From NCBI GenBank assembly GCA_030390025.1, contig CM059449.1:15624001-15688000 (forward strand): a stretch of 64,000 nucleotides of DNA. The letters are read 5' to 3'. Origin of the DNA: Squalus acanthias. Its lineage: Eukaryota. The notes beneath the pieces are model-generated. The model had not been told where the DNA came from and made no database searches. It saw only the letters and a program-made list of their open reading frames with translations. Positions 38,690 through 51,312 of the stretch are shown one piece after another; positions within the stretch are counted from its first letter, which is position 1, and every line of letters starts with the position of its first letter. Position numbers and translations under genes: made by a program.

Positions 38690-40255
38690 CTGTGTGTAAA
38701 TGTAAAGTTTCATTGTGAGACAGAGCAGTCAAGAGCAGGGCAATGGTCACATTGAGATTGAGGATCAGCAAATGTGACACTGATTCCCAATCCCCTTTGA
38801 CATGCGGGGCTATTTCACACTGGCATAAATCAAACTAGGCCACCGATCAAAACGCAAAATGTCACCAGTGGACAACTGGATTTATTCCCACCCTGGAAGT
38901 AACACTGGGGGAATTTTAATGTAGGGAGGCTTAATGGCTTGGTGCCACATTCCTTTCTTTTAAATAGCGGGGCGTGGGGGTGGTGTTCGTGTGAGTTCTG
39001 TTAACATCGGAACATAGTAACAGGAGGAGGCCATTCAGCCCCTTCGGCCTGTTTCACCATTCAATGAGATCATGGCTGATCTGCGACCTAACTCCATTTA
39101 ACCGCCTTTTGCCCCATATCTCTTAATACATTTGGTTAACAAAACTCTATCAATATCCGATTAAAAATTAAAAATTGATCTAGCATCAGTTGTCGTTTGC
39201 GGAAGAGAGTTCCAAACTTTTACCACCCTTTGTGTGTTTAGAAGTGTTTCCTAATTTCAATCCTGAAAAGCCTGGCTCTAATTTCTACACCATGCCCCCT
39301 AGTCCTAAACTCCCCAATCAGAGGAAATTATTTCTCTCTATCTACCATCTCTGTACCCTTTAATATCTCGAGAGTGTCGCTCCTCCAGCCCAGTTTTCTT
39401 GAATCCACTAGACCCTGGAGATCCAATGGGTCCTGAGCGCGGACGAGAAAATCTTCCCCTCGTATTTAAGGGATGCTTAAGACAAAACGAACATCTGGAA
39501 ATTAGACGGGCCGAAACTGGGTGATCAACGTGGTTCTTCTGCGGACCCATCTTTGCATTTTGTTGGCGCGCAATGTTGTAATTTGTATTTACACACACAA
39601 CTATATCCGTTACTGCCTCTATTTACAAGATGACAGTGACATCTAACTTATCACACATGTGCTTTTCCGGTTTATTCCCAATATTGGCATGCGGTGATTT
39701 CAAGGCTCACATTTTGCTCCAATTACGGGGCTCCAGTCTTCGCCTCGCACACTGTAACTGGGTTGACTTCTTATCTATAGTCATACCTAAAATTGGATGC
39801 AGCAACTGAATGTAATTAATAAATCCCCATTTATTTATTTTAAAAGATCATTCTCGGGATACGGGCGACGCTGGCGAGGCGGGCATGTTATTGTCCATCT
39901 CTGGTTGACCCCTTGAGAAGGTGCTGGTGGGCCAGTCTTCTTCTTGAACCGCTGCAGTCCGGTGTGGTGAAGGTTCTCCCACAGTGCTGTTTTGGAGGCA
40001 GTTCCAGGATTTTGGAATGAAAAGCGATACAAGTCCAAGTCAGGCTGGTGTGTGACTTGGCGGGGGACTTGGAGGTGATGGCGTTCCCATGCGCCTGCTG
40101 CCCTTGACCTTCTAGGTGGTGGAGTTCGCGGGTTTGGGAGTTCCAATTGATCTGATGGAGAATTTACCTATACGGCCAATATTACCCCCTAGTAAAATCC
40201 CATATGATTGCGTGCAATTTCATTGGTAAGAATATCTCCACCAATCCAAACTTAC

Positions 40256-40606
40256 TGTGTTGACGCCGTTCCACGGTCACTCTCGTCCCGGGTCCCTCTG
40301 CTGCAGCGATTCCCACGAGCTGCACTTTGCAGACATAGAACCCGGTATCTTCCGGTTTCAGCTGGATTATTCTAATGGACGCGTCTCCCCTCTGTGTGAA
40401 ATCCTCTTCACTTGCCCCGAACACCCTGCCTCTGTATTCCGCTGTATTGTTGGAAACTTCATTTCCCTGTTTGGTGCCTCGGTGCCACGTGTAGCTGCCG
40501 ATTGCTGTGGGACCCTCATATCTACAGAGCAGGCCCGCTGTCTGTCCCGCGGTTTTCGTGAGTGATTGCGGGCTCTGAATTACGGTGATGTTTCCAACAG
40601 TAACTG
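40256..40606 (-). CDS. NCR3-like: Gene B exon 2, NKp30-like VJ-type Ig V domain
   Basis: Within ORF 40182-40649; cttgcag| ... A|gtaagt, 351 nt phase 1-1. AIGSYTW, EYRGRV, DTGFYVC and GPGTRVTVE motifs. Confidence 0.92.
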
Positions 40607-41297
40607 CTGCAAGTGGGTAAAACAGACCATCTATAAATATACAGGGCACTTCTTTGCTTTAAAGCACGCCGTGGAAGGGCTGGTTTTAAGCAAATATTAT
40701 TTCGGAGGATTTTTGATAAGGTATTCCTGATCTTTAACTTGAGGGAATAAAAACAGAAAACACTGGAAACGCTCAGCAGGCCAGGCAGCATCTGTGTAGA
40801 GAGAAACAGAGTCAACGTTTCAGGTCAACGACTTTTCGTCAGAACTGGAAAAAGTTGGAGATGTACCAGGTCTTCAGCAAGTGTCGGGGCAGGGAAAAGG
40901 GGGGAGGGGAGGAAAGAACAAAAGGGAAGGTCTGTGATAGAGTGGAAGGCAGGAGTGATTAAATAACACAAGGGATGATGGTACAAGTAAAAATGAGATG
41001 GTAATGGGACAAGTAAAGGAACAAAATATGGTTCTAGAAAAGGTTTAAATAGTTAACTTGAGGGATATTGGTGCTGGAGCTGGAGCGCCTTTGGTTCTTG
41101 GGCGCACTCCTCGGTCAAGTATAGAATGGATCTGGTACAAAGTACCTCTGTCCCGTTCCAGATAATAAGCATTCACTTTAATTTCAGTTCTCCCGATATG
41201 CTTTCTGTGCTGCCCGCCGGTCTCATTAACACTTTGAGCGAGAGTGTGAAATGGGCAATCTGGAATTAAACAGCTTGCCCGATGTTCTCTTCCATTT

Positions 41298-41435
41298 GGG
41301 GGTCATTTTAACTTTGGGTGCTAAATGGGCGAGGTCGGGTCGGCTGCCTGAAATTAAAATCGGGGCAGGTGTACAACGGGCGGCTGATCCGATGTCGCCC
41401 GTTTCAGTAGGTCGCACAAACTCAAAATCACCCCC
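41298..41435. mobile_element. Short MITE (GGGG-terminal TIR family; related copies at 57602-57787 and ~38355-38505)
   Basis: gggggtcatttt / aaaatcaccccc; at 57602 ggggcaattttaacc / ggttaaaattaccc. Confidence 0.6.
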
Positions 41436-42891
41436 AGGAAGTGAGGAGAAGTTTAATCTCATTAGTCTGATCATATTGGAACTCAGATAATTGCTAAACC
41501 CCAGCGACCTTCTCACTATTAATCAGCGGTGACTGGAGAATATGGAAAATACAAACAGAATATTAATAGTCAAAATAATGAAACCGGCTAAATGTTACAT
41601 GTAGCGACATTACAAATTGGATGAATGATTTCCCACTTTGGGTATATCTTGTACAATCGCCAATACCTATTTAAAAATTGTTTACGGATCGGAGAAAATA
41701 GCCAATGCATTTGCGACCTCATTGGAAGCAGCAAGCAGCGCAACTCTTGCCCTGTGTTGATAACTAGAGAAAGGTTGTATCCAGTTAAATTACTATAAAT
41801 AATAGGAATGAACAAAAAAAAAGTCATGCCCCCTGGAAACGGGTCTTTACTTGAACACAGCCAGCACTGCAAATATTCACTGTTGTGAATAGAGAATATT
41901 GGCATTTTTTGTAGATATAATATCATAGAATCATAGAATAGTACAGCAGAGAAGGAAGCCTTTCGGCCCATCGAGTCTGCGCCGGCTCTTTCGAAGAGCA
42001 ATTCAGTTTGTCCCACTCCCCCGCTCTTCCCCGCTATCCCTGCAATATTTTTCATCATCAAATATTTGAATCTGTATCCACCACCCTATCAGGCAGAGTA
42101 CTAGGGCAATCTGTACTACAGGGAGCAACATATATTGTGCTCTCCTGGAACAAATACAATAAACCTCGTTATCCGAGAGCTGATCCGTCTCTCACGTTTA
42201 GCTCTCTCTATCTCTCTCTGTCTTCCTCAGTCTCTCTTTCTCTCTCTCACACACACGCACGATTGGAACCCATTTCTCTCTCTCTCTCTTTTCCTATTCC
42301 TATCCATCACTTGTTGATTTAACCCGTCTACCCTCCCACTATTTCCAACCTTGATGCTGTCCTACGCCATGGGCCATGGGCCCTTCACTTAAATGCTTCA
42401 ATTAAAAATAAGCAACCTCGAAAGCGTTAGCTTCTCTGTGGCGAGCCCTGGTTAACTGCGAGATTGATTATATTACCAGGACATTAATCATTACCACGGC
42501 GCTGAGAAATTAAGATGGTTAATCTCGCGTCCATGAGAATGTCCGCACAAACCTGATGTTCTTTGAATTGCAGGCGAGCTGGTCATGAATGTAAAATGGG
42601 TGAAATCTACAATCTGGTGCTTTGATCAGCAACTATGGATATCGGAATAAGATTTAACCAGATACACATATAAGTAAGAAAAAAATAGATGGGAGGACAT
42701 CGCTATGGGTCTTTAATATCTAATTAAGACATAGAATATTTTATTAAAGTCATTAAGAAATTATGGAAATTAAAATCAGTCCATTTCAATAACAGGCGGC
42801 CACTCCGCAACGCCAGCTTCACGCCCAGGCGGCAAGTTGAAAATCTACGCCATATTCTTGAATGGAGCTGATGTATCAGAAATAAGCTTAC

Positions 42892-42934
42892 CGGAGAACA
42901 TAGCGAATGCCCAGGTAACTGCAGCCCAATTCAT
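42892..42934 (-). CDS. NCR3-like: Gene B exon 1, leader MNWAAVTWAFAMFS
   Basis: gagaATGA start, hydrophobic peptide, phase-1 donor G|gtaagc. Similar to the gene A leader (MN...W..AM). Confidence 0.75.
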
Positions 42935-43089
42935 TCTCCCTCTCGGCGGCGATATCATTTCAGAAAAGAAATTCAGGTAGTGTACAGATTGGAATATTTA
43001 AGTAATGCAGCGGGAGAGTGAACCTGAGTCAGAGTCCGGATGTGAGGGAATGGAAAAAAAATGAATTACAAGCTGTTTATACAACCGCA

Positions 43090-43131
43090 GTTATCTCTCT
43101 CGCACATGGTTCTGTCTCTCTCTCTCGCTCT

Positions 43132-43162
<31 letters not shown>

Positions 43163-43165
43163 CCG
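43090..43165. repeat. (CT)n/(CA)n microsatellite ~160-230 bp upstream of the gene B start
   Basis: Direct inspection. Confidence 0.9.
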
Positions 43166-44949
43166 CAATCTCTCTCAAGGACAGTTCGCAGCAGATACTC
43201 ACACGCGGGGTAGATTCATGGCTTCACCCGTAACCTGGGTCCTTAACTGACCACGGGATAGGAGGCAGAGAGTCGTGGATGTTTCTGTCACTGGTGAGAA
43301 GTATGCAATGGGGTTCCCCAGTGATTGGTATTAGGACCATTGCTTTTCTTGTTATATAGAAATGTTCTGGACTTGTGTATAGGGAGCACAATTTAGAAAT
43401 TTGTGAATGATGCAATAATTGGTAACATAGTAAATAGTAAGAGGGACAGTAGCAGACTTCAGGAGGACATAGCCTGATGAAATGGGCAGGTACATGGCAG
43501 ATGCAATTGAATGCGGCTAAGTGTGAAGTGATGCACTTTGAGAGGAGCAACATGGAGAGGCACTGTGACCTAAATGGTGATATTTTGAGGGGGTGCAAGT
43601 GCAGAGAGACCTGGGTGTGCATATTCACAAATATCTGAAGGTGGCAGGGCAAGTTGACAAGGCAGTTAAGAAAGCGTGTGTGATACCTGTCTTTGTCAAT
43701 CGGGGCATTGAATGCAACAACAAGGAAGTGAAGCTAAGCCTTTACTAATCACTGGTTAGGCCTCAGCTTTTGTATTGTGTACAATTCCCGTTTTCTCGTT
43801 TAGAAAGAAAAGAAGGAATTGCATTTATATAGCGCCTTTCACCAGCTCAGGATGTTCCAAAGTGCTTTCCAGCCAATGAAGTACTTTTTGGAGTGTAGTC
43901 ACTGTTGTAATGTAAGAAACGCGGCAGCTAAATCTGTGGACAGCAAGCTCCCACAAACAGCAAGGTGATAATGATCAGATAATCTGTTTTATAGTGATAT
44001 TTACTGAGGGATAAATTTTGGCCCAGGACACGGGGAGAACTCCCCCTGCTCTTTTTCGAAATAGTGTCGTGGGACCTATTACATCCACCTGAGAAAGCAG
44101 ACAGTTTAACCTCTCATCCGAAAGAAGGCACATCCGACAGTGCGGCGCTCCATCAGTACTGCCACTGGAGTGTCAGCCTAGATTTTTGTGCTCAAGTCTC
44201 TGGAGTGGGACTTGAACCCACGACCTTCAGAGACTCAAGCGCTGCCCGCTGAGCCACAGCTGAATCCTAAAGGGCTCCTGTTCCTTCATTTTACTTCACA
44301 CGCACATAGTCAAGAACTCCCTTTTCAGCTTCCCTAATGTGCGTTGAGTTTTCCTTTCCCGATCCTTGCTCTCTCTGAAGAATTTGTCACATTGCGTGTA
44401 CACACACATATATATATATATATATATACATAACTCTAACTGCAACAGCAGTGCTGGGTTGACTGGGCGTGTATGAGCGTATGTCTGTGAGAGAGAGGAT
44501 GTGCAAACTGTGTGCGTGCGAATCAGAAGGATAGTAAGGGCTTTCTGCACAGAGTATCTGACAGCTTGTCAGGGTCTGCAACGACCTGCGAGCTATTGAT
44601 GTTCGTGGCCCTGGTGTCAGTCAACACGTTGACTCCGCTCTGCGGTCAGCTACGTGCCAAGAGTGAAGCTGTGTGGGCGTCGAGCTCTTCGCTGCCCAAC
44701 CCAACCTGTTAACCTGAGCGAGTATTTTGAAAACTCGCAGATGAAGTCCTATAAATATTCTAGCGAGATCGACAACTGACTGAAATGTGTTTATCGCTGA
44801 ACGCTACAGATCGTGAGGTGTGAACTGTGGGCGGGTAACTGCAGAGAATCATCTCGCAAATATTTCCACTGCTTTAGTGCGAGGCCTATTTTGCCTTAAA
44901 GCAAATCTAGAGGCCAATGATATATCAAATAGGGAATTCAGAAGAAGCT

Positions 44950-45515
44950 TCTTATAGAATTACAGAACGGTTACAGCGCAGAAGGGGACCATTCGGCCCG
45001 TCGAAGAGCACTTCAGCTAGTTCCACTCCCCCGCCCTTTCCCCGTAGCCCGGCAATTTTCTTTTCCTTCAGGTACTTATTCAATTCCCTTTTGGAAGCCA
45101 CGATTGAATATGCCTCCACCAGCCTCTCAGCCACTGCATTCCAGATCCTAACACCTCGCTGCGTAAAAAAGTTTTTCCTCATGTCGCCTTTGGTTCTTCT
45201 GCCAATCACCATAAATCTGTGTCCTCTGGTTCTCGACCCTTCCGCCAATGGGAACAGTTTTTCTCTATCTGCTCTGTCTAGTGCCCTCATGATTTTGAAC
45301 ATCTCTGTGAAATCTGCTCTCAATTTTCTCTGCTCTAGGGAGAACAACCCCAGCTTCTCGAGTCTATCCACGTAACGGAATTTCCACATCCCTGGAACCA
45401 TTCTTCTAAATCTTTTCTGCACCCTCTCTAAAGCCTTTACATCTTTCCTTAATTGGACACAATACTCCAGTTGTTGCTGGACCAGTGTTTCATAAAGGTT
45501 CCTCATAACTTCCAT
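44950..45515 (-). mobile_element. CR1 LINE 3' fragment
   Basis: ORF 44952-45515 (LERVQKRF, TRGH, RKNFFTQR). Confidence 0.85.
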
Positions 45516-46444
45516 TGATATGAAAAGGTAAATCGGGTGGGGTTTATTACAGGCTGCCGATCCGCCACTGCCCGTTTTCCGCTCCCAAAGGAAGTTGACA
45601 TTTGACCCTGCTGTTCTTTTTCCAGGTGCTCTCCCCTATCTGGAACTACAGTGTTGATTTATCCCAGTTTAGGCTCTCGTCGTCCTACCGCAGCATTACA
45701 GTTTCTTGGGACAGGTAACTCTTAAAAGTACAGGATTTTTTTTTTAAGTTTGGCTGGAATAAGTAGCAAAAAGCACTAATCATGTCGTGCCCGTCGAAAG
45801 GGCTCTGAAAGTGAAAGGCATGCTGTTGGATTTACACAACTGGGCTCAGCACCATTCCGTGACATGTGGCCAACACATGTTCATGTTTCAGACAATTGCC
45901 AGGCACTATTTATTTAAATCAAACCCGAGTACTATCACCGGTTCTCATTTACAAACTCTGCGCCCTCTAAGTTCATTCTAACATGTTTGTCATTGTTTAA
46001 ACAGGGCGAAGATGAGTTTCAATGCCCCGGGTGCGTAAACACTCACTGAAATTAGTGAAGGGTGAAACTGAACTGCGAGGCGTTATTCCTTTGTTTCAAT
46101 GTACCGCTTCTGTAATGTTAAAGTAGTGCTTCTTTCTTAAGTATTCTTAAAATATGACGTTTCCGACTACAATTGGAAAACGTGCGTAGTGAACAGAGTT
46201 CCTCTGTGCTTTGTTAAACCACCAGAAGGTTTCGTCATATAAGTGAACGTCTGCTGTGGGATGTTTGCTAAACTTAACAGCACTTTCGGACGCTGCAGGT
46301 CAGATGTTAACTCGTAGTGTTCTGCGGAGCAAGAATGAAAATGCCTCCTATTCGCATGTGGAAGTTGTTGAATTAACGGAACATACTTTTGCCTATCGGT
46401 GAGCCGCTGTCTTCTGATGTACACATTTTAATGTTTTTTCGGGT

Positions 46445-46966
46445 TTTTTAAATTCGCTTATGGGTTCTGTGTGTCGCTGGCAAGGCCAGCATTTATTGCC
46501 CATCCCTAGTTGCCGTTGAGAAGGTGGTGGTGAGCCGCCTTCTTGAACCGCTGCAGTCCGTGTGGTGAACGTTCTCCCACAGTGCTGTTAGGTAGGGAGT
46601 TCCAGGATTTTGACCCAGCGACGATGAAGGAAGGTGTGTGACTTGGAGGGGAACTTGGAGCTGGTGGTGTTCCCATGCGCCTGCTGCCCTTGTCCTTCTA
46701 GGTGGAAGAGGTCGCGGGTTTGGGAGGTGCTGCCAAAGAAGCCTTGGCGATTTGCTGCAGTGCATCTTGTAGATGGTACACACTGCAGCCACGGTACGCC
46801 GGTGGTGTAGGCAGTGAATGTTTAAGGTGGTGGATGGGGTGCCAATCAAGTGGGCTGCTTTGTCCTGGATGGTGTTCGAGCTTCTTGGTGATGTTGGAGC
46901 TGCACTCATCCAGGCAAGTGGAGAGTATTCCATCACACTCCTTACTTGTGCCTTGTAGATGGTGGA
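46445..46966 (-). mobile_element. HER1-type LINE 3' fragment (similar pieces at 22275-22530, 39835-40140, 56815-57570)
   Basis: MEYSPLAWMSAAPT...TIYKMHC ORF and the shared 3' tail. Confidence 0.85.
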
Positions 46967-48194
46967 AATTCTATATTTATTAAGGTGTACGATTATTTGT
47001 TTGGGCAGGTTGTTTCCTTATGCAGAACTAATATATTACGAAGTTACAGTGTGTAAAAAAAACGATTTTATTTTATTATGCTGTGTTACTTTGCGTTGAA
47101 TCCACCTTTTCAAAGGTATATGCTTTTTATCTTTCGGGGAACTTTATATATATATTATACACATTAACGTTCTCCTCCATGCAGAAGCTGTGAATTTGCA
47201 TTTTACAATTAACATAATTAATAGGGCCTACTAAAATGTATTTATGGAAATAAATTAACTCACGGACTCCTAAACGACTGTGTTGCACATGGAATTATCT
47301 GATATATTATACCTTCTACTCGACAAATCAACGTCTTTGCGTTCGACACAATTTATTCCATTCGCAAAAAATTGATATTCAACCCGTTTCCAAAAGTTCC
47401 CATACTTACACTTGACATAATAGAAAGGACAGATTTCCTTCTTAAATGATTAAAGATGACAGAAGTGAAATCTGCCCCCAGTATGAGGTTGAAATAGAAA
47501 TGATTTGGGGAATGGTGATTATATTATGCCAATACAAAGTAAACAAACTGCGTGAAAACACAGCAGATCCGCCTTTATAAAGTGACAATTGCCTCTAATT
47601 TTTCCACTATAAAGGTTCTGAATATATACAGATGTTCAATCTGATTATGGACTGCAATTTCCCAAAGTTCCGTGAGAAACGGGAAAAGGACCCAATGTAA
47701 TGACAGCTGATATAGGTTTGTAGCTCAATGATTGATGGATCAATCAGCATTTTAAATTCTTCATAATAGCTTGTAAATTGTGGGACACAAGAGATCATTT
47801 TGTCCAAAAAAAACCTGTCCCTGTTTGACAGATCAATGCTTCTTTCTCCAGAAACAAACATGTTGTCTCTTGAATCTATTTGTACTGCCCACTCCCACGG
47901 CCGTCTCCAGTAACTTGTTCCACAAATCCCTTACTCTATAGGCGTACAGTTTACGCCTGACTTCCCTTCTTATAGCTAACTAGTTAACGTCTAAAGTGTG
48001 ACCCTTGGAAATGAGATCCTTCCCCACAGTGACCGATCTATCTGGGCTCAATTCATAATAATTGTACAACGTTAATTGACAGGTTGCGGTATTTCATGTA
48101 CGATACATTGATTCGAATTTATTCCAACAAAAAAGGACACCCTGTAACATCAATTAGTGACAGTGAAATATACTTTAATTTGAGCTTCACACCT

Positions 48195-49017
48195 CGTGGC
48201 AGATGACATTTCACGCAAGAAAGTGCGAAGTGTTACATTTTGGTAGGAAGAACGAGGAGAGGCATGATAAACTGAAGGTTACGATCCAAAAGGGGCTGCA
48301 TGAACAGAGAGACCTGGGGGTACATGTGCACAAATCATTGAAGGTGGCAGGCCAGGTTGAGAAAGCGGTTAACAAAGCATATAGGAGACTCGGCTTCATA
48401 AATAGAGGCATAGAGTACAAAAGCAAGGAAGTTATGATGAACCTTTATAAAACACTGGTTCGGCCTCAACTGGAGTATTGTGTCCAATTCTGGGCACCAC
48501 ACTTTAGGAAGGATGTGAAGGCCTTAGAGAGGGTGCAGAAAAGATTTACAAGAATTGTTCCATGGATGAGGAGCTTCAGTTATGTGAATAGACTGGAGAA
48601 GTCGGGGCTGTTCTCTTTGGAGCAGATAAAGTTTAGAGGAGATCTGATAGAGGTGTTCAAAATCATGAGGTGTCTGGACAGAGTAGATAGAGAGAAACTG
48701 TCCCCATCGGTGGAAGGGTCGAGAACCAGAGGACATAGGTTTAAGGTGATTGGCAAAAGAACCAAAGGCGACATGAGGAAAACTTTTTTACGCAGCGAGT
48801 TGTTAGGACCTGGAATGCACAGCCTGAAAGGATGGTGGAGGCAGATACAATCGTGGCTTTCAAAAGGGATTTGGATGAGTACCTGAAGGGAAAAAAATGC
48901 AGGGCTACGGCGAAAGGGCGGGTGAGTGGGATTAGCTGAAGTGGCCTTGCAGAGAGCCGGCACGGGTTCGGCGGGCTAAATGGCCTCCTTCTGTGCTGTA
49001 ACCATTCTATGATTCTC
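48195..49017 (+). mobile_element. CR1 LINE 3' fragment
   Basis: ORF 48203-48886 ([21 protein letters not shown]); ctatgatt tail. Confidence 0.9.
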
Positions 49018-49078
49018 TACTGGTCTATAATTCTGTAGGTCACTATTGACAGATTGCATTGTTCCATTTATACTCTAG

Positions 49079-49417
49079 ACAATGGGTTGATGAGTGGAAT
49101 CAGAGTGTTCCAATCCCCAGATGCCATCAATGTAATAGAAGGAGGATCGGTACAGCTGAACTGCACTTTTGAGGCGAATAGTACTGTCGGACGAGTTGTT
49201 TGGAGGCGGGCCTCACAAAACATGGAAGTGTCGGTTCGGAATCCTTTCTATCAGAGCCGGGTAACGAAGCCAGTGTCGAAATTATTTGCAGAAAAAATGG
49301 CTTTCATTGAAATGATCAATTTACTGACAATGAACGCGGATTTATATAACTGCGAGGTGGAAATTCCGGCGCTTGGGAAAGCAGGCGGGACAGGAACACA
49401 ACTTATAATAACTGACA
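49079..49417 (+). CDS. NCR3-like: Gene C V exon, divergent NKp30-like VJ-type Ig domain
   Basis: tactctag| ... A|gtaagt, 339 nt phase 1-1. VFQSP...EGGSVQLNCTF...VGRVVW...YQSRV...DLYNCEVEI..LG...GTGTQL. Leader exon not securely located. Confidence 0.85.
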
Positions 49418-50970
49418 GTAAGTAGAAAAGATCAGAGTTCGTTTTAAGAATTTACCAATATTTTGACATTGGTATGGCTGTACATGTGCTATGCTAAGAG
49501 ATTTCAGTTCGTTTGCTGAATTGTGTCCGTGTGTCAATATCACTTTCAAAGTACATCAGGAACAATTGTTCGACAATTAATATCCTGAAAGTGCCGTATA
49601 TCTGACTTGAATCTGGCTATTCAAGGCGCGGTGCTTTAGGAATAGGAATACACGAGCTTCAAGCTACTCCCCCACCCCCACCACCCCACCAGCTGAAGGT
49701 TAGTGTTATTTCAAAATAGTACTTTGCATTATCCCTTGATATTCTTGCTTGGCACCTTACCTTACCTCTGTTAGGGAGGTGCTGCTGAAGAAGCCTTGGC
49801 GAGTTTAATGAAATAGGCTTTAGGTATAATTTACTGTTTTCGATATAAGCCTTTATTTTAAACAGGTTAGCGTCTTGGTTAAAATGAAAAGAATTTGCAC
49901 GCTAGTATTTCAACAAATAATTATAGTTTTTTCAGTTTCCACGTGGATGCAATACCTCAGATTACATAAAAATAGGAAACGGCCTTTCTTTAACGTATAG
50001 AACGCCACTGGAATGATATTTCAGTTTTCATATCCTATAACTGAGCAATCCAAATTTAATTATTAAATTGCGCACTAGTGGCCTTCGTTATGGCGATTTC
50101 TGATTTCAATTGATAGGCGGGGTGTGGGAGGCGGGGCAGTGTGATCGCCTGATATACACTCCGCCCAGTAATGCGTCCAATTGCCTTAAAATAAAACTGA
50201 ATATAGGGCGCACCAAAGCCAAATGCTGCGGATGCTGGTAATCTGAAAAAAGAAACAGAAAATGCTGGAAAATACTCAGCAGGTCAGGCAGCATCTGTGG
50301 AGAGTGAGAAACAGAGTTAAAGTTTCAGGTTTCTGACAGAAGGGCATCGATCCGAAACGTAAACTCTGTTTCTCTCTCTCCCTGCAGATGCTGCCTGACA
50401 TGCTGAGTGTTTCCAGCATTTTCTGCTTTTTTTATATTGAATATTGGGCGAGTTGTACAGCGGTCGGCCAATATGATTCTGTCTGCCTTGAGAGCACGTC
50501 CATGTCCAATTTCACCCCTACAACAACACAAAAGCCAAATACTGCGGATGCTGGAAATCTGAAATAAAAACAGAAAATGCTGGAAATTCTCAGCCGGTCA
50601 GGCAGCGTCTGTGGAGAGAGAAACAGAGTTAACGTTTCAGGTCGATGAGCCTTCGTCAGAACTGGAAAAAGTTGGAGATGGAACAGGTTTTTAAGCAAGT
50701 GTAGGGGCCTGGAAAGGGGGAGGGGAGGAAAGAACAAAAGGGAAGGTCTGTGACAGGATGGAAGGCAGGAGAGATTAAAGAGACAAAAGTGATGATGGTG
50801 CAATGCAAGAGGAGATGGTAATGGGACAACTTAAGAAACAAAAGATGACTCTAGATGAAGTATAAATGGCAATGGCAGAATGATCGATCACCCCACCATT
50901 TTCTTGCATTATCTTTCACTTCAACCAAGCGCCACCATACTGACTATATTATTGTTTCTGTTTCTAACAG

Positions 50971-51088
50971 GAGCTAGAGTCGAGCCTATCTGCCATTTCC
51001 CCACGCTCAGCGCTGGATTACAAGTTACAAAAACGGAGCTGCTGATCATTCTCATAATCACAGGCCTGACGACGTACCTCTGTCCCAC
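50971..51088 (+). CDS. NCR3-like: Gene C stalk plus TM containing Lys (GLQVTKTELLIILIITGLTTYLCP)
   Basis: tttctaacag| acceptor in phase 1; AC|gtaggg donor in phase 2, matching the next micro-exon. Confidence 0.7.
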
Positions 51089-51312
51089 GTAGGGAAAAAT
51101 ACTATGATTTATAACAAGATACATCAGCAAACGCTGTTAGAAAAGATGTCGAAAGTCGATGTAAATTTTATCAGGAAGTTCTTTATGTTGCCCATGGTCG
51201 ATATCTTTGTGTTACAGCATTGCATCGATGTGGAGTAAAGCATGGGCGATGATAGATATCGTTTTATTTCAAAATATTTCAATTAAAGTTACTGCAGCGT
51301 CAACATAATAAC

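Noticed and set aside
47060-47115. Hydrophobic stretch KTILFYYAVLLCVESTFSK as the gene C leader
   Set aside because: No in-frame ATG before an upstream stop, and the donor is phase 0 whereas the V exon needs phase 1.
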